Origin: Bifidobacteriaceae bacterium
GTDB lineage: Bacteria; Actinomycetota; Actinomycetes; Actinomycetales; WQXJ01
Length of the DNA: 64,000 nt
Direction: 5' to 3'
Assembly: GCA_031270825.1 (NCBI GenBank)
Contig: JAISXH010000022.1
Coordinates: forward strand, 33,710-97,709
The position numbers and the translations under genes are program-made. Below the pieces are notes generated by a model. The model was not told where the DNA came from. It searched no databases and worked only from the letters and a program-made list of their open reading frames with translations. Positions 24,369 to 32,184 of the stretch are shown here, piece by piece. Every line of letters begins with the position of its first letter. Within the stretch, counting starts at the first letter, position 1.

Positions 24369-24400
24369 TCACCCGAGACATGGGTCTCCTATGTCCTCAA
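24369..24400 (-). repeat. Inverted 1.4-unit copy of the 23-bp tRNA-flank repeat
   Basis: The reverse complement reads GGTTGAGGACATAGGAGACCCAT-GTCTCGGGT. It forms an inverted pair with 23996-24018. Confidence 0.6.
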
Positions 24401-24719
24401 CCAGGACACTGCCTGCCCGACCCTGTCCCCTCGACGAAAGAGTGGCTCTGACTAGGGGAAACGCTGGCCAGAGCCACTGCCATGTCAGCCCAAGACGGCC
24501 CGGGTGTCCACTTACTGTCCACCTTGAACACGAAAACGGCGGCCACTTCCGACGGGGGGCTTTCAGCCGCGCGCAGGCTGATTGCTGATGGTTGGCTCCG
24601 CATGCGTGGTGGCGGGCGCGTCCGGGGATCTGCTGGGAGCGAAGACCGCTTTTCGGGGCGGACTGCGGCACTAGCCTTGACGGAGCTACTCAACGGGGAG
24701 AGAACTAAGGAGGGGCCTC

Positions 24720-25481
24720 ATGCAGGAAGACGCCACAACGCTCGCCTACCTCAACCTTCACGCGGTGCTGGGCGCGATCGAGAACCTCACCGCCCTGGTT
24801 CCGGCAGCGCGGCGGCTGGCCACCACCGCCAAACCCGTGTCCGTGGGGTTCGCGGTCCGCGGCGGCCCGGCGGGCACGCTGGCGTTTGACCAGGGGCTGG
24901 CGACGTTCCGTCCGGGCGCCCAAGGCTGCGACGTGAAACTGCCGTTCTCCTCGCCGGCCAAGCTCAACGCCATGGTCGACGGGAAAGGGACGGCCATCCC
25001 GTCCCGGGGCTTGACCAAGATCTCCTTCCTGACCAAACAGTTTGTGCCGCTCACCGGGCTGCTGGAGCAGTACCTGCGGCCCGCGCCGGAGGCGCTCGCG
25101 GACCCCGAGTTCTTCAAAGCCTCAACCGAGGTGATGTTCTACGTCATCGCCGCCGCGCTGTCCCAGGTCGCCAACCACGACCAGGTGGGCCGGTTTTCCG
25201 CGGACCACACGGTGGACGGCGACATCGACTTCGGCGTGGCAGGGGGGCCGCGCGCCACCATCCGGGTGCGGGGCCACCGCTTCGAGACCGTCAAGGAGCC
25301 CTGCGCCTCGCCCCGGGCCGTCATGGAGTTCGAGTCGCTGGGGTTGGCCCGCCAGTTGTTCGATGGCGAAGTGGTGGCGCTCGCCTGCATCGGCACCGGG
25401 CAGATCGCCATGCGCGGCATGATCTCGATGCTGGACAACCTGAACCGAATCCTCGACCGCGTCGCCGTCTACCTGGGGTGA
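24720..25481 (+). CDS. Conserved hypothetical protein (paralogue of 28744..29544)
   Basis: The ATG follows AAGGAGG. Same size and collinear pattern as 28744..29544 (mid 'F.S....NA...G', C-terminal 'EF.S...A...L'). I recognise no catalytic motif. Confidence 0.55.
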   Translation: MQEDATTLAYLNLHAVLGAIENLTALVPAARRLATTAKPVSVGFAVRGGPAGTLAFDQGLATFRPGAQGCDVKLPFSSPAKLNAMVDGKGTAIPSRGLTKISFLTKQFVPLTGLLEQYLRPAPEALADPEFFKASTEVMFYVIAAALSQVANHDQVGRFSADHTVDGDIDFGVAGGPRATIRVRGHRFETVKEPCASPRAVMEFESLGLARQLFDGEVVALACIGTGQIAMRGMISMLDNLNRILDRVAVYLG

Positions 25482-25484
25482 ATC

Positions 25485-26735
25485 ATGGGACTGAACACGT
25501 ACACCAAGAGTTCTGAGGCGTTCGCCCGGGCGCTGGGCGTCATCCCCGGAGGCATATACGGCCACCAAGGCCCGGCGGAGGGCTGCTATATACCGTCCGA
25601 GGCGTTCCCCCGTTTCTCGGCGCGCGCCGAGGGGACCTATTTCTGGGACTTGGACGGCAACCGTTTTGTCGACTACATGTGCGGTTACGGGCCCAACGTG
25701 CTGGGCTACGGGGACAAGGATGTGAACGCCGCAGCGCTGGACCAGCTGAAGATCGAGGACTGCGTCACCATCCCCTCAGTCAAGATGATCGAGTTCGCGG
25801 AATTGCTGGTGGACACAGTCGCCTGCGCCGATTGGGCGTTCTTCTGCAAGAACGGCGGCGACACCACCACGCTGGCCATCATGACGGCCCGCGCCCACAC
25901 CCGCCGCAAGAAGGTCGTGTTTGTCAACGGTTACTACCACGGCGTGGCCATGTGGGCCCAGAAGCTCGATTATCCGGGCGTCCTCCCGGAAGACGTCGCC
26001 AACAACCTCTACGTCGGCTGGAATGACATCCCCGGCCTGGAGCGCGTCCTCGCTCAGAACGATGGCGAGGTGGCCGCTTTCATCTCCACGCCGTACATGC
26101 ACGGCAATTTCGTGGACAACGAATTGCCGGCGCCCGGCTATTGGCACAAGGTCCGCGAGCTGTGCGACAAACACGGCGTTGTGCTGATAATCGATGACGT
26201 GCGGGCCGGGTTCCGGCTCGACCTGGCCGGCTCGGACCACCACTACGGGTTCAAAGCGGACCTGATCTGCTTCTGCAAGGCGATCGCCAACGGCTGGAAC
26301 GTCTCCGCGTTGTGCGGCCAAGAGCATCTCAAGTCGACCGTCGCCGGCCTGACCTACACCGGGTCGTATTGGATGAGCGCGGTGCCGTTCGCGGCCGGGA
26401 TCGCCTGCCTCGAGAAACTGAAGGCCATCGGCGGCCCCGAGGAATTCGCCGCCAAAGGATTGGCGGTCACCGGAAAGCTGCGCGAGGCGGCGGCAGACGC
26501 CGGCTTCAACCTGGTGGTCTCCGGGGAGCCGGCGCTGTTCTACCTGCGGCTCGCGGACGACGACTCGCTGATGCTCCACCAAGAATGGGTCGCCGAATGC
26601 GTCAAACGAGGCGTTTTCCTGACCAACCACCACAACCATTTCATCAACCACGCGCTCACCGACAAGGACATCGATTTCACCGCGGAGGTCGCCGCAGAGG
26701 CGTTCCAAGCGGTGCGTGAGCGCCACCCACTGTAA
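25485..26735 (+). CDS. Class-III (GSA-aminomutase-like) PLP-dependent aminotransferase
   Basis: 'GIYGHQGP', 'VLIIDDVRAGFRL' and 'DLICFCKAIANGWNVSA' (PLP-lysine context). About 416 aa. Confidence 0.8.
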   Translation: MGLNTYTKSSEAFARALGVIPGGIYGHQGPAEGCYIPSEAFPRFSARAEGTYFWDLDGNRFVDYMCGYGPNVLGYGDKDVNAAALDQLKIEDCVTIPSVKMIEFAELLVDTVACADWAFFCKNGGDTTTLAIMTARAHTRRKKVVFVNGYYHGVAMWAQKLDYPGVLPEDVANNLYVGWNDIPGLERVLAQNDGEVAAFISTPYMHGNFVDNELPAPGYWHKVRELCDKHGVVLIIDDVRAGFRLDLAGSDHHYGFKADLICFCKAIANGWNVSALCGQEHLKSTVAGLTYTGSYWMSAVPFAAGIACLEKLKAIGGPEEFAAKGLAVTGKLREAAADAGFNLVVSGEPALFYLRLADDDSLMLHQEWVAECVKRGVFLTNHHNHFINHALTDKDIDFTAEVAAEAFQAVRERHPL

Positions 26736-26754
26736 GAGACGCGAAGGAGTCGCA

Positions 26755-27732
26755 ATGCCACAAGACACAGGGCCGGCAACGGAGCCGGGAACGGAACCGG
26801 CAACGGAGCCGGGAACGCCCGCGGACGCGCCGAAGAGCGTGCCGGTGGGGACGGCATCGGGCACTGGGCTGGGCAAACGGGAGTGGCTGCGATTGGAGGC
26901 CAAAGCGGACCAGCTGCGGCGGCTGACCCTCGACACCACCTACTGGGCGGGCGCCGGGCACATTGGCGGCGGCATGAGCGTCCTCGACATCCTCACGGTG
27001 ATCTACCACAAGCACCTGAACTACAAGCTCGACGACCCGGTGTGGCCGGACCGCGATCGCGTGATCCTGAGCAAGGGCCATGCCGGGATCGCTTACGCGC
27101 CGCTGCTGTGCGACCTGGGCTGGAACGACCCGGCGCTGCTGAAAACGTTCAACCTGACCAACTCGCCCATGGGCATGCATCTCGACGCCGCCAAAGTCGT
27201 CGGCGTGGACGCGTCCACCGGCTCGTTGGGCCACGGATTGCCGATCGCGGCGGGCACCGCCCTGGCCGCCCGCGTTCAAGGCAAAGACTGGTGGGTTTAC
27301 TGCGTGACCGGCGACGGCGAGCTGAACGAGGGCTCCTGCTGGGAGGCGTTCATGGCGATCGCGCACTACCAGCTGGACCATGTGATCACAATCGTGGACC
27401 GGAACAAGTTCATGATCGACGGGGCGACCGAGGAGGTGATGGCGCTGGGGGCGCTGGCGGACAAGCTCCGCGCCTTCGGGTTGAACGTGATCGAGGCGCC
27501 GGGGCACTCCTTGCCCGACCTGTCGGCCGCCATCGACGCCGCGAAGTCCCACGCCGGGCAGCCCACGGCGATCATCGCTGACACGGTCAAAGGCGCCGGG
27601 ATCGACTTCATGGAGGGCGACTACGTGTGGCACTACGGGGCTTTGGACGAGGCGATGCACAAGCGCGCCCAGGCGTCCTTGGAACGGTATTACGGCGCGC
27701 GGCGAGCCCGCGCGGAAGCGGAGGGGGTGTGA
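26755..27732 (+). CDS. Transketolase, N-terminal (TPP-binding) subunit
   Basis: 'AGAGHIGGGMSVLDILTVIYHKHL', 'ILSKGHAGIAYAPLL', 'GSLGHGLPIAAG' and 'VTGDGELNEGSCWEA'. The ATG at 26755 follows GAAGGAG. Confidence 0.9.
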   Translation: MPQDTGPATEPGTEPATEPGTPADAPKSVPVGTASGTGLGKREWLRLEAKADQLRRLTLDTTYWAGAGHIGGGMSVLDILTVIYHKHLNYKLDDPVWPDRDRVILSKGHAGIAYAPLLCDLGWNDPALLKTFNLTNSPMGMHLDAAKVVGVDASTGSLGHGLPIAAGTALAARVQGKDWWVYCVTGDGELNEGSCWEAFMAIAHYQLDHVITIVDRNKFMIDGATEEVMALGALADKLRAFGLNVIEAPGHSLPDLSAAIDAAKSHAGQPTAIIADTVKGAGIDFMEGDYVWHYGALDEAMHKRAQASLERYYGARRARAEAEGV

Positions 27733-27733
27733 C

Positions 27734-28744
27734 ATGGCGGGCGGACTGGTCTACACGGCGGTCGACTCGACGGAGCTGAGCACCGCCGAGTATTACGGCA
27801 AAGCGCTGGTGGAATTAGGCGAACAGCACCCGGACGTGGTGGCTCTGACTGCCGATTTGGGGAAATCGACCAAGATCGGCGAATTCATGAAGCGCTTCCC
27901 GGAGCGGTTCTTCAACTTGGGCATCGCCGAGCAGGACATGTTCGGCGTCGCGGCGGGCATGGCGCGGGCCGGCCTAGTGCCGTTTGTCTCCACGTTTGCG
28001 CAGTTCGCGTCGCTGCGGGCGGGCGACCAGCTATCGACGGACATCTGCTACCAGAACGCCAACGTGAAGGTCATCGCGACGCACGCGGGCACCTCGTTCG
28101 GGCAGGCCGGGTCCACCCACCACGCGATCTCCGACCTGGGCGTGGCGCGGTCCCTTCCCAACCTGCGGGTGGTGGTGCCGGCCGACTCGTTCGAGACGGT
28201 CAACGCGATCCGCCTCGCCTACGATGCGCCCGGCCCGTTCTACATCCGTATCAACCGCGGGTTCGACCATCTGCTGTACCCCTCCAGCGACTACGGCTTC
28301 GAGCTGGGCCGGGCCGTCACCCTGCACGAGGGCACCGACATCACCGTCATCGCCTGCGGGTCATGCGCCTACCAGGCGTTGACGGCGGCGCAGTTCTTGA
28401 AGCAGGCGGATGGGCTGTCCGTCCGGGTGATCAACATGCACACCATCAAGCCTTTGGACGCCGATGCCGTCGCCCAGGCCGTGGGGGAGACCCGCCGGAT
28501 CGTGACGGTCGAGGACCACAACGTGATTGGGGGCCTGGGCTCGGCCGTCGCCGAGGCGGTCGCCGCCACGGGCAAGGGCTGCGCGTTCAAGCGGCTGGGC
28601 ATCGCGGACCACTTCGCGCCGATCGGGTTGCACGAGGACATTTTGAGCATCGAGGGGATCGACTCCAACGGCATCATCTCGGCGGTGCGCGAGGTCATGG
28701 GCGCCGATTTCGAGGAGGACGAGAACTGGGAGGACGAGGTCTGA
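27734..28744 (+). CDS. Transketolase, C-terminal (pyrimidine-binding) subunit
   Basis: 'FFNLGIAEQDMFGVAAGMA', 'THAGTSFGQAGSTHHA' and 'VTVEDHNVIGGLGSAVAE'. Confidence 0.9.
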   Translation: MAGGLVYTAVDSTELSTAEYYGKALVELGEQHPDVVALTADLGKSTKIGEFMKRFPERFFNLGIAEQDMFGVAAGMARAGLVPFVSTFAQFASLRAGDQLSTDICYQNANVKVIATHAGTSFGQAGSTHHAISDLGVARSLPNLRVVVPADSFETVNAIRLAYDAPGPFYIRINRGFDHLLYPSSDYGFELGRAVTLHEGTDITVIACGSCAYQALTAAQFLKQADGLSVRVINMHTIKPLDADAVAQAVGETRRIVTVEDHNVIGGLGSAVAEAVAATGKGCAFKRLGIADHFAPIGLHEDILSIEGIDSNGIISAVREVMGADFEEDENWEDEV

Positions 28745-29544
28745 TGGCCGCCTCGGAGGCGGACCGGCTGGCCAACAAGCTGTTCCTGAACTCGGTGCTG
28801 CCGCTGCTGAAGGTGATCGCTTGGGACGTCCCCTCTTTGCGGGCGAAGTTTGAGGGTGTCGACGCGGTGGTGCAGATCTCGGCGCGGGACGGCGCGGGGA
28901 AGGTCGCGACTCATTTTGTGATCGCGGACGGGGAGTGGACGGTCAAGAACGACCAGGTGGCCGAGCTGGCGGACGTGGAGTTGGAGTTCGGTTCCATCCC
29001 GGCCATGAACGCCTTCTTCAAGGGATCCATCAAACCGGGCACGTTGCCGCGCATGCGGGGCGTGTTCTCGCATTTCGGGTTGTTCGTCGCTTTCATGCGG
29101 GTGCTGCTGAAGATGAGTTCGCTGCTGACCGCGAAGGCGCCGCCGGCGGACCCGGCTATGCGCGCGCTAATGGTGAAGTGCTTCTTCTACCTGCTGACCT
29201 CGGGAATCAGTCAGCTCAACAAACTGGGGCAGGAGGACGTGCGCGCCTGGTCGGGCCCGTCGCCGGACCGGGTCTACGCGCTGGCGGTCCGGGACGAGCC
29301 GGACGTGGCCGCTTACATCCGGGTCAAGGCCGGCCAAAGCCGCGCGGGACGCGGCAAGTACACCCGCGCGCTGCCGTTCTTCACCCTGGAGTTCGCCTCC
29401 TTCGAGGCGGCCCTGGGCATCCTCCTGCAAACCGACGACCTGATCGAGGCCACCAAGTCGAAACGCTTGGTCATGGACGGCGCCCCAGAATTCGGCGCGG
29501 TTTTCGGTAGCCTCCTAATGGCGGTCGGCGGCTACGTGCAGTGA
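28744..29544 (+). CDS. Conserved hypothetical protein (paralogue of 24720..25481)
   Basis: The ATG at 28744 overlaps the transketolase stop (TGATG). The ORF-track start at 28363 lies inside the transketolase gene. Confidence 0.55.
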   Translation: MAASEADRLANKLFLNSVLPLLKVIAWDVPSLRAKFEGVDAVVQISARDGAGKVATHFVIADGEWTVKNDQVAELADVELEFGSIPAMNAFFKGSIKPGTLPRMRGVFSHFGLFVAFMRVLLKMSSLLTAKAPPADPAMRALMVKCFFYLLTSGISQLNKLGQEDVRAWSGPSPDRVYALAVRDEPDVAAYIRVKAGQSRAGRGKYTRALPFFTLEFASFEAALGILLQTDDLIEATKSKRLVMDGAPEFGAVFGSLLMAVGGYVQ

Positions 29545-29580
29545 CCCGGGGCTGGTCGCGGGGCGTGTCAAAGGGTCTTT

Positions 29581-30078
29581 GTGGACAGTCGACGAGCAGC
29601 GGAGGCGAAGAGCATGGCGAGTGACCAACCGGGACAGGCCCACGGGGCGCCGCCCCACGCCGGCGCCACGCGGCGTAAGCGGTTGTGGTGGTGGGTGGTC
29701 GGCATAGTGGTGGTGGTCGGGGCGGTGGCGGCGGCATCGGCCTGGCTGGGGAGCCGGAGCGAGGACAAGCTGACGGAGGTGCGGCCCACCGCCCAGGTCC
29801 CGACGGGCGGCGAGCTGGTGTGGATTTGCCAGGGCTGCCAAGGCACTGTCGGGGGCTTAAGAATGGGCGTGCTGTCGATCTGGGAGGAGGCTGGCGTCAC
29901 GAAGGCGCACGTCGGGGCGAACTGGTGCGGGCCCTCCGCCGATATGCCGGACCTGGTGTTGGGCGAGCGGATCGAGGTGGACGGCTGCGGAACCTTCGAG
30001 CTGGCCGGAATTCGGCGCCACAGCAGTTCCAGGTATGCCGCGGCGATCATCGTGGTCCCCGCCGAGGTGGATCCCTAA
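29581..30078 (+). CDS. Hypothetical membrane-anchored protein (single N-terminal TM, Cys-containing ectodomain)
   Basis: TM segment 'LWWWVVGIVVVVGAVAAASAWL'. No motif recognised, and the start is uncertain. Confidence 0.4.
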   Translation: MDSRRAAEAKSMASDQPGQAHGAPPHAGATRRKRLWWWVVGIVVVVGAVAAASAWLGSRSEDKLTEVRPTAQVPTGGELVWICQGCQGTVGGLRMGVLSIWEEAGVTKAHVGANWCGPSADMPDLVLGERIEVDGCGTFELAGIRRHSSSRYAAAIIVVPAEVDP

Positions 30079-30167
30079 ACACCCGGCCGTACGGATTGGC
30101 GCCTGGACCACGGCCCACGCCGTGCGTGTGCGGAGAAGTGGCGGAGGGTGGCGTTACGCTAACCCGC

Positions 30168-31313
30168 ATGGGACAAGTCACGGTGATCGATGCCGCCCGT
30201 CCCAAGGTTCTGGAGTTCTTCGCCGGTATCGGTCTGGCCCGGATGGGCCTGGAGGCGGCGGGTTTTCGGGTGGCCTGGGCAAACGATTACGAGCTGGACA
30301 AGAAAGCGATGTACAGCGCCCAGTTCCCGGCCTCGCCGGATCATGTCTTCGCGCTCGGCGATATCAGCGCGGTGAAGGCGGCCGATCTCCCGCGCGACGC
30401 CTCGCTGGCTTGGGCTTCGTCGCCATGCGCCGATCTTTCGTTGGCTGGGAGCCGTGCCGGTCTCGGGGGCGCGCAATCGGGCACGTTTTGGCACTTCATC
30501 AGGCTGCTAAGGGGGCTTGGCGGTGACCGTCCCGAGGTCGTGGCGCTGGAGAACGTCATCGGACTGGCGACCTCGCACGGGGGCGACGACCTGACGGCGG
30601 CGATCGGCGCCTTCAACGACCTCGGATACTCCGCAGACGTCCTCGCCATCGACGCGCGCCGGTTTGTGCCCCAGTCCCGCCCCCGCCTCTTTGTGGTCGG
30701 GGCGAGGAACCCGCCCGAAGACGCCCCCGAGCCGAATTGCGAACTGCGGCCCGACTGGCTGCGGTGGGTTCATGGAGACAACACCCTGCGCACGCACCGA
30801 GCCGCGCTGCCGGCCCCGCCGCCGCCCAAGCTAGCGGGCCTGGGCGACATCGTCGAAGACCTGTCGCCCAGTGACGACAGGTGGTGGAACCGCGACCGAA
30901 CCGAAGCCTTCGTGGGCTCGTTGTCACCGACACAGCGCGAGCGGGTGGACGCGCTGCGCCGGGCGCCGGGAGTTCGGCATCGGACGGCGTACCGCCGCAC
31001 GCGCGGCGGCGTGGCTACTTGGGAGGTGCGGGCGGACGACATCGCCGGTTGCCTGCGCACCGCGCGTGGCGGCTCGTCGAAGCAGGCCGTCGTGCGCCTC
31101 GGCGACAACCGGCTGCGGGCGCGTTGGATGACGCCCCGTGAGTGCGCGCGCCTGATGGGAGCCGGAGATTACGACCTCAGCGCCGCGCGGGACAACCAAG
31201 CGCTATTCGGGTTCGGCGATGCCGTGGCCGTGCCGGTTGTCGCGTGGTTGGCGGAGCATTACCTCATGCCGCTGGTCAAGGGCGGCACGGCGGCGGCGCG
31301 CACGCCGGCGTAG
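30168..31313 (+). CDS. DNA (cytosine-5)-methyltransferase
   Basis: Motif I 'FFAGIGL', motif IV 'SSPCADLS', motif VI 'ALENVIGL', motif VIII 'QSRPRLFVVG', motif X 'FGDAVAVPVV'. The ORF-track start at 29685 is a run-on. Confidence 0.9.
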   Translation: MGQVTVIDAARPKVLEFFAGIGLARMGLEAAGFRVAWANDYELDKKAMYSAQFPASPDHVFALGDISAVKAADLPRDASLAWASSPCADLSLAGSRAGLGGAQSGTFWHFIRLLRGLGGDRPEVVALENVIGLATSHGGDDLTAAIGAFNDLGYSADVLAIDARRFVPQSRPRLFVVGARNPPEDAPEPNCELRPDWLRWVHGDNTLRTHRAALPAPPPPKLAGLGDIVEDLSPSDDRWWNRDRTEAFVGSLSPTQRERVDALRRAPGVRHRTAYRRTRGGVATWEVRADDIAGCLRTARGGSSKQAVVRLGDNRLRARWMTPRECARLMGAGDYDLSAARDNQALFGFGDAVAVPVVAWLAEHYLMPLVKGGTAAARTPA

Positions 31314-31957
31314 CCCTTGTGCTGGAGTCCGCGCGGCGCCAAGTCGTCTGCCGCCTCGTCACCCCAGACCGTCCACCCCGGTTGTGGGTAGCGGGCGAAC
31401 ATTTCCAGATACGGACCGGGGGAACATAGTTCGATCAGCTCATACTGTTCGTCCGGCTTCCGCGAGTGTTCTCTCTTTCGGGCCTCGATCATGTTCACCT
31501 GGCCGCGCGCGGGAGCCAAGGTTCGCATGGAGCCGCGCACACCGAACAGAATCAGCTCGGTGACGTTACGGAAGTAGAACCCGACGCCGCGTCCGTCCGG
31601 CCCGCCGTCCTTGCGGCGCTTCGCCCAGACGAGGTTTGAGACATATCGGAATCCCCACGCATCCATCACTTTGAGGCCTTCAACAAGAAGGGCGTTGGGC
31701 GTCCAAAGATACAGATGCGCGTTGTCGGCTGTCACGCTCGCGACGTCGATGGCGCAGATCTGGTCCAGCGAGAGAGTGGAGTATCGATCTAGGCGGCGAT
31801 GCTCGGGAGCGACTTTCCCGGTGCGGTTCTGAAAACGCCATGGCGGGTCGGCCAGGATCGTCTTGAAACCGCCGTCCACCTGCGGAAGTGGTGGCGGCTC
31901 GATCACTAGTCTGAGCGGGGTCGCCGGCGCCGGTTTCACGAAGACCAGATTACGCAA
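31259..31957 (-). CDS. MT-A70 family (N6-adenine type) DNA methyltransferase
   Basis: 'ILADPPWRF' (DPPW catalytic motif) and 'HLYLWTPN'. 232 aa. Two 60-nt samples I counted (31441-31500 and 31621-31680) are 55% and 53% GC, against 68% in a sample of the neighbouring C5 gene. Confidence 0.85.
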   Translation of the reverse strand: MRNLVFVKPAPATPLRLVIEPPPLPQVDGGFKTILADPPWRFQNRTGKVAPEHRRLDRYSTLSLDQICAIDVASVTADNAHLYLWTPNALLVEGLKVMDAWGFRYVSNLVWAKRRKDGGPDGRGVGFYFRNVTELILFGVRGSMRTLAPARGQVNMIEARKREHSRKPDEQYELIELCSPGPYLEMFARYPQPGWTVWGDEAADDLAPRGLQHKGYAGVRAAAVPPLTSGMR

Positions 31958-32119
31958 AGAGATCTAGTCCAATAGAGGGGATCTTCAGCGGCGTGGTCTC
32001 GTTCCGTGCGCCAACCGGCCCAGACGCGGTGGCGGATCGACGCGACGAACGTGGGCGATCGCCTCAGCGGCGCCTGCGGAGCGGGTTTCGGGATGGCTGC
32101 CCCGGCGGGTAGGCGCGAC

Positions 32120-32184
32120 TTGACAGGGCGTTCGGCGGGCGAGCAAAATTGCCGATAGCGCTACTGATAATCGTTCCCAACGAT
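32120..32184 (+). promoter_or_regulatory. Candidate promoter (TTGACA-N18-CAAAAT) and dyad ATCGTTcccAACGAT upstream of / overlapping the metal-ABC substrate-binding gene start
   Basis: TTGACA at 32120-32125 and CAAAAT at 32144-32149. The dyad lies at 32170-32184 within ctGATAATCGTTcccAACGATg. Metallo-repressor operators are typically AT-rich dyads in this position. Confidence 0.35.

Noticed and set aside
24401-24719. Possible riboswitch (TPP considered, because of the transketolase genes) or leader RNA upstream of 24720. Includes the inverted repeat AGTGGCTCTG...CAGAGCCACT at 24441-24478.
   Set aside because: The TPP-riboswitch hallmarks (CUGAGA and the ACCUGAUCUGGAUAAUGCCAGCG-like core) are absent. 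A single hairpin is not enough evidence, and this needs an Infernal/Rfam scan.
29581-32182. Searched the flanks of the two methyltransferase genes for a restriction endonuclease or specificity subunit.
   Set aside because: The only other ORF is a small membrane-anchored protein without nuclease motifs (no PD-(D/E)xK, HNH or GIY-YIG seen). The MTases are therefore treated as orphans.
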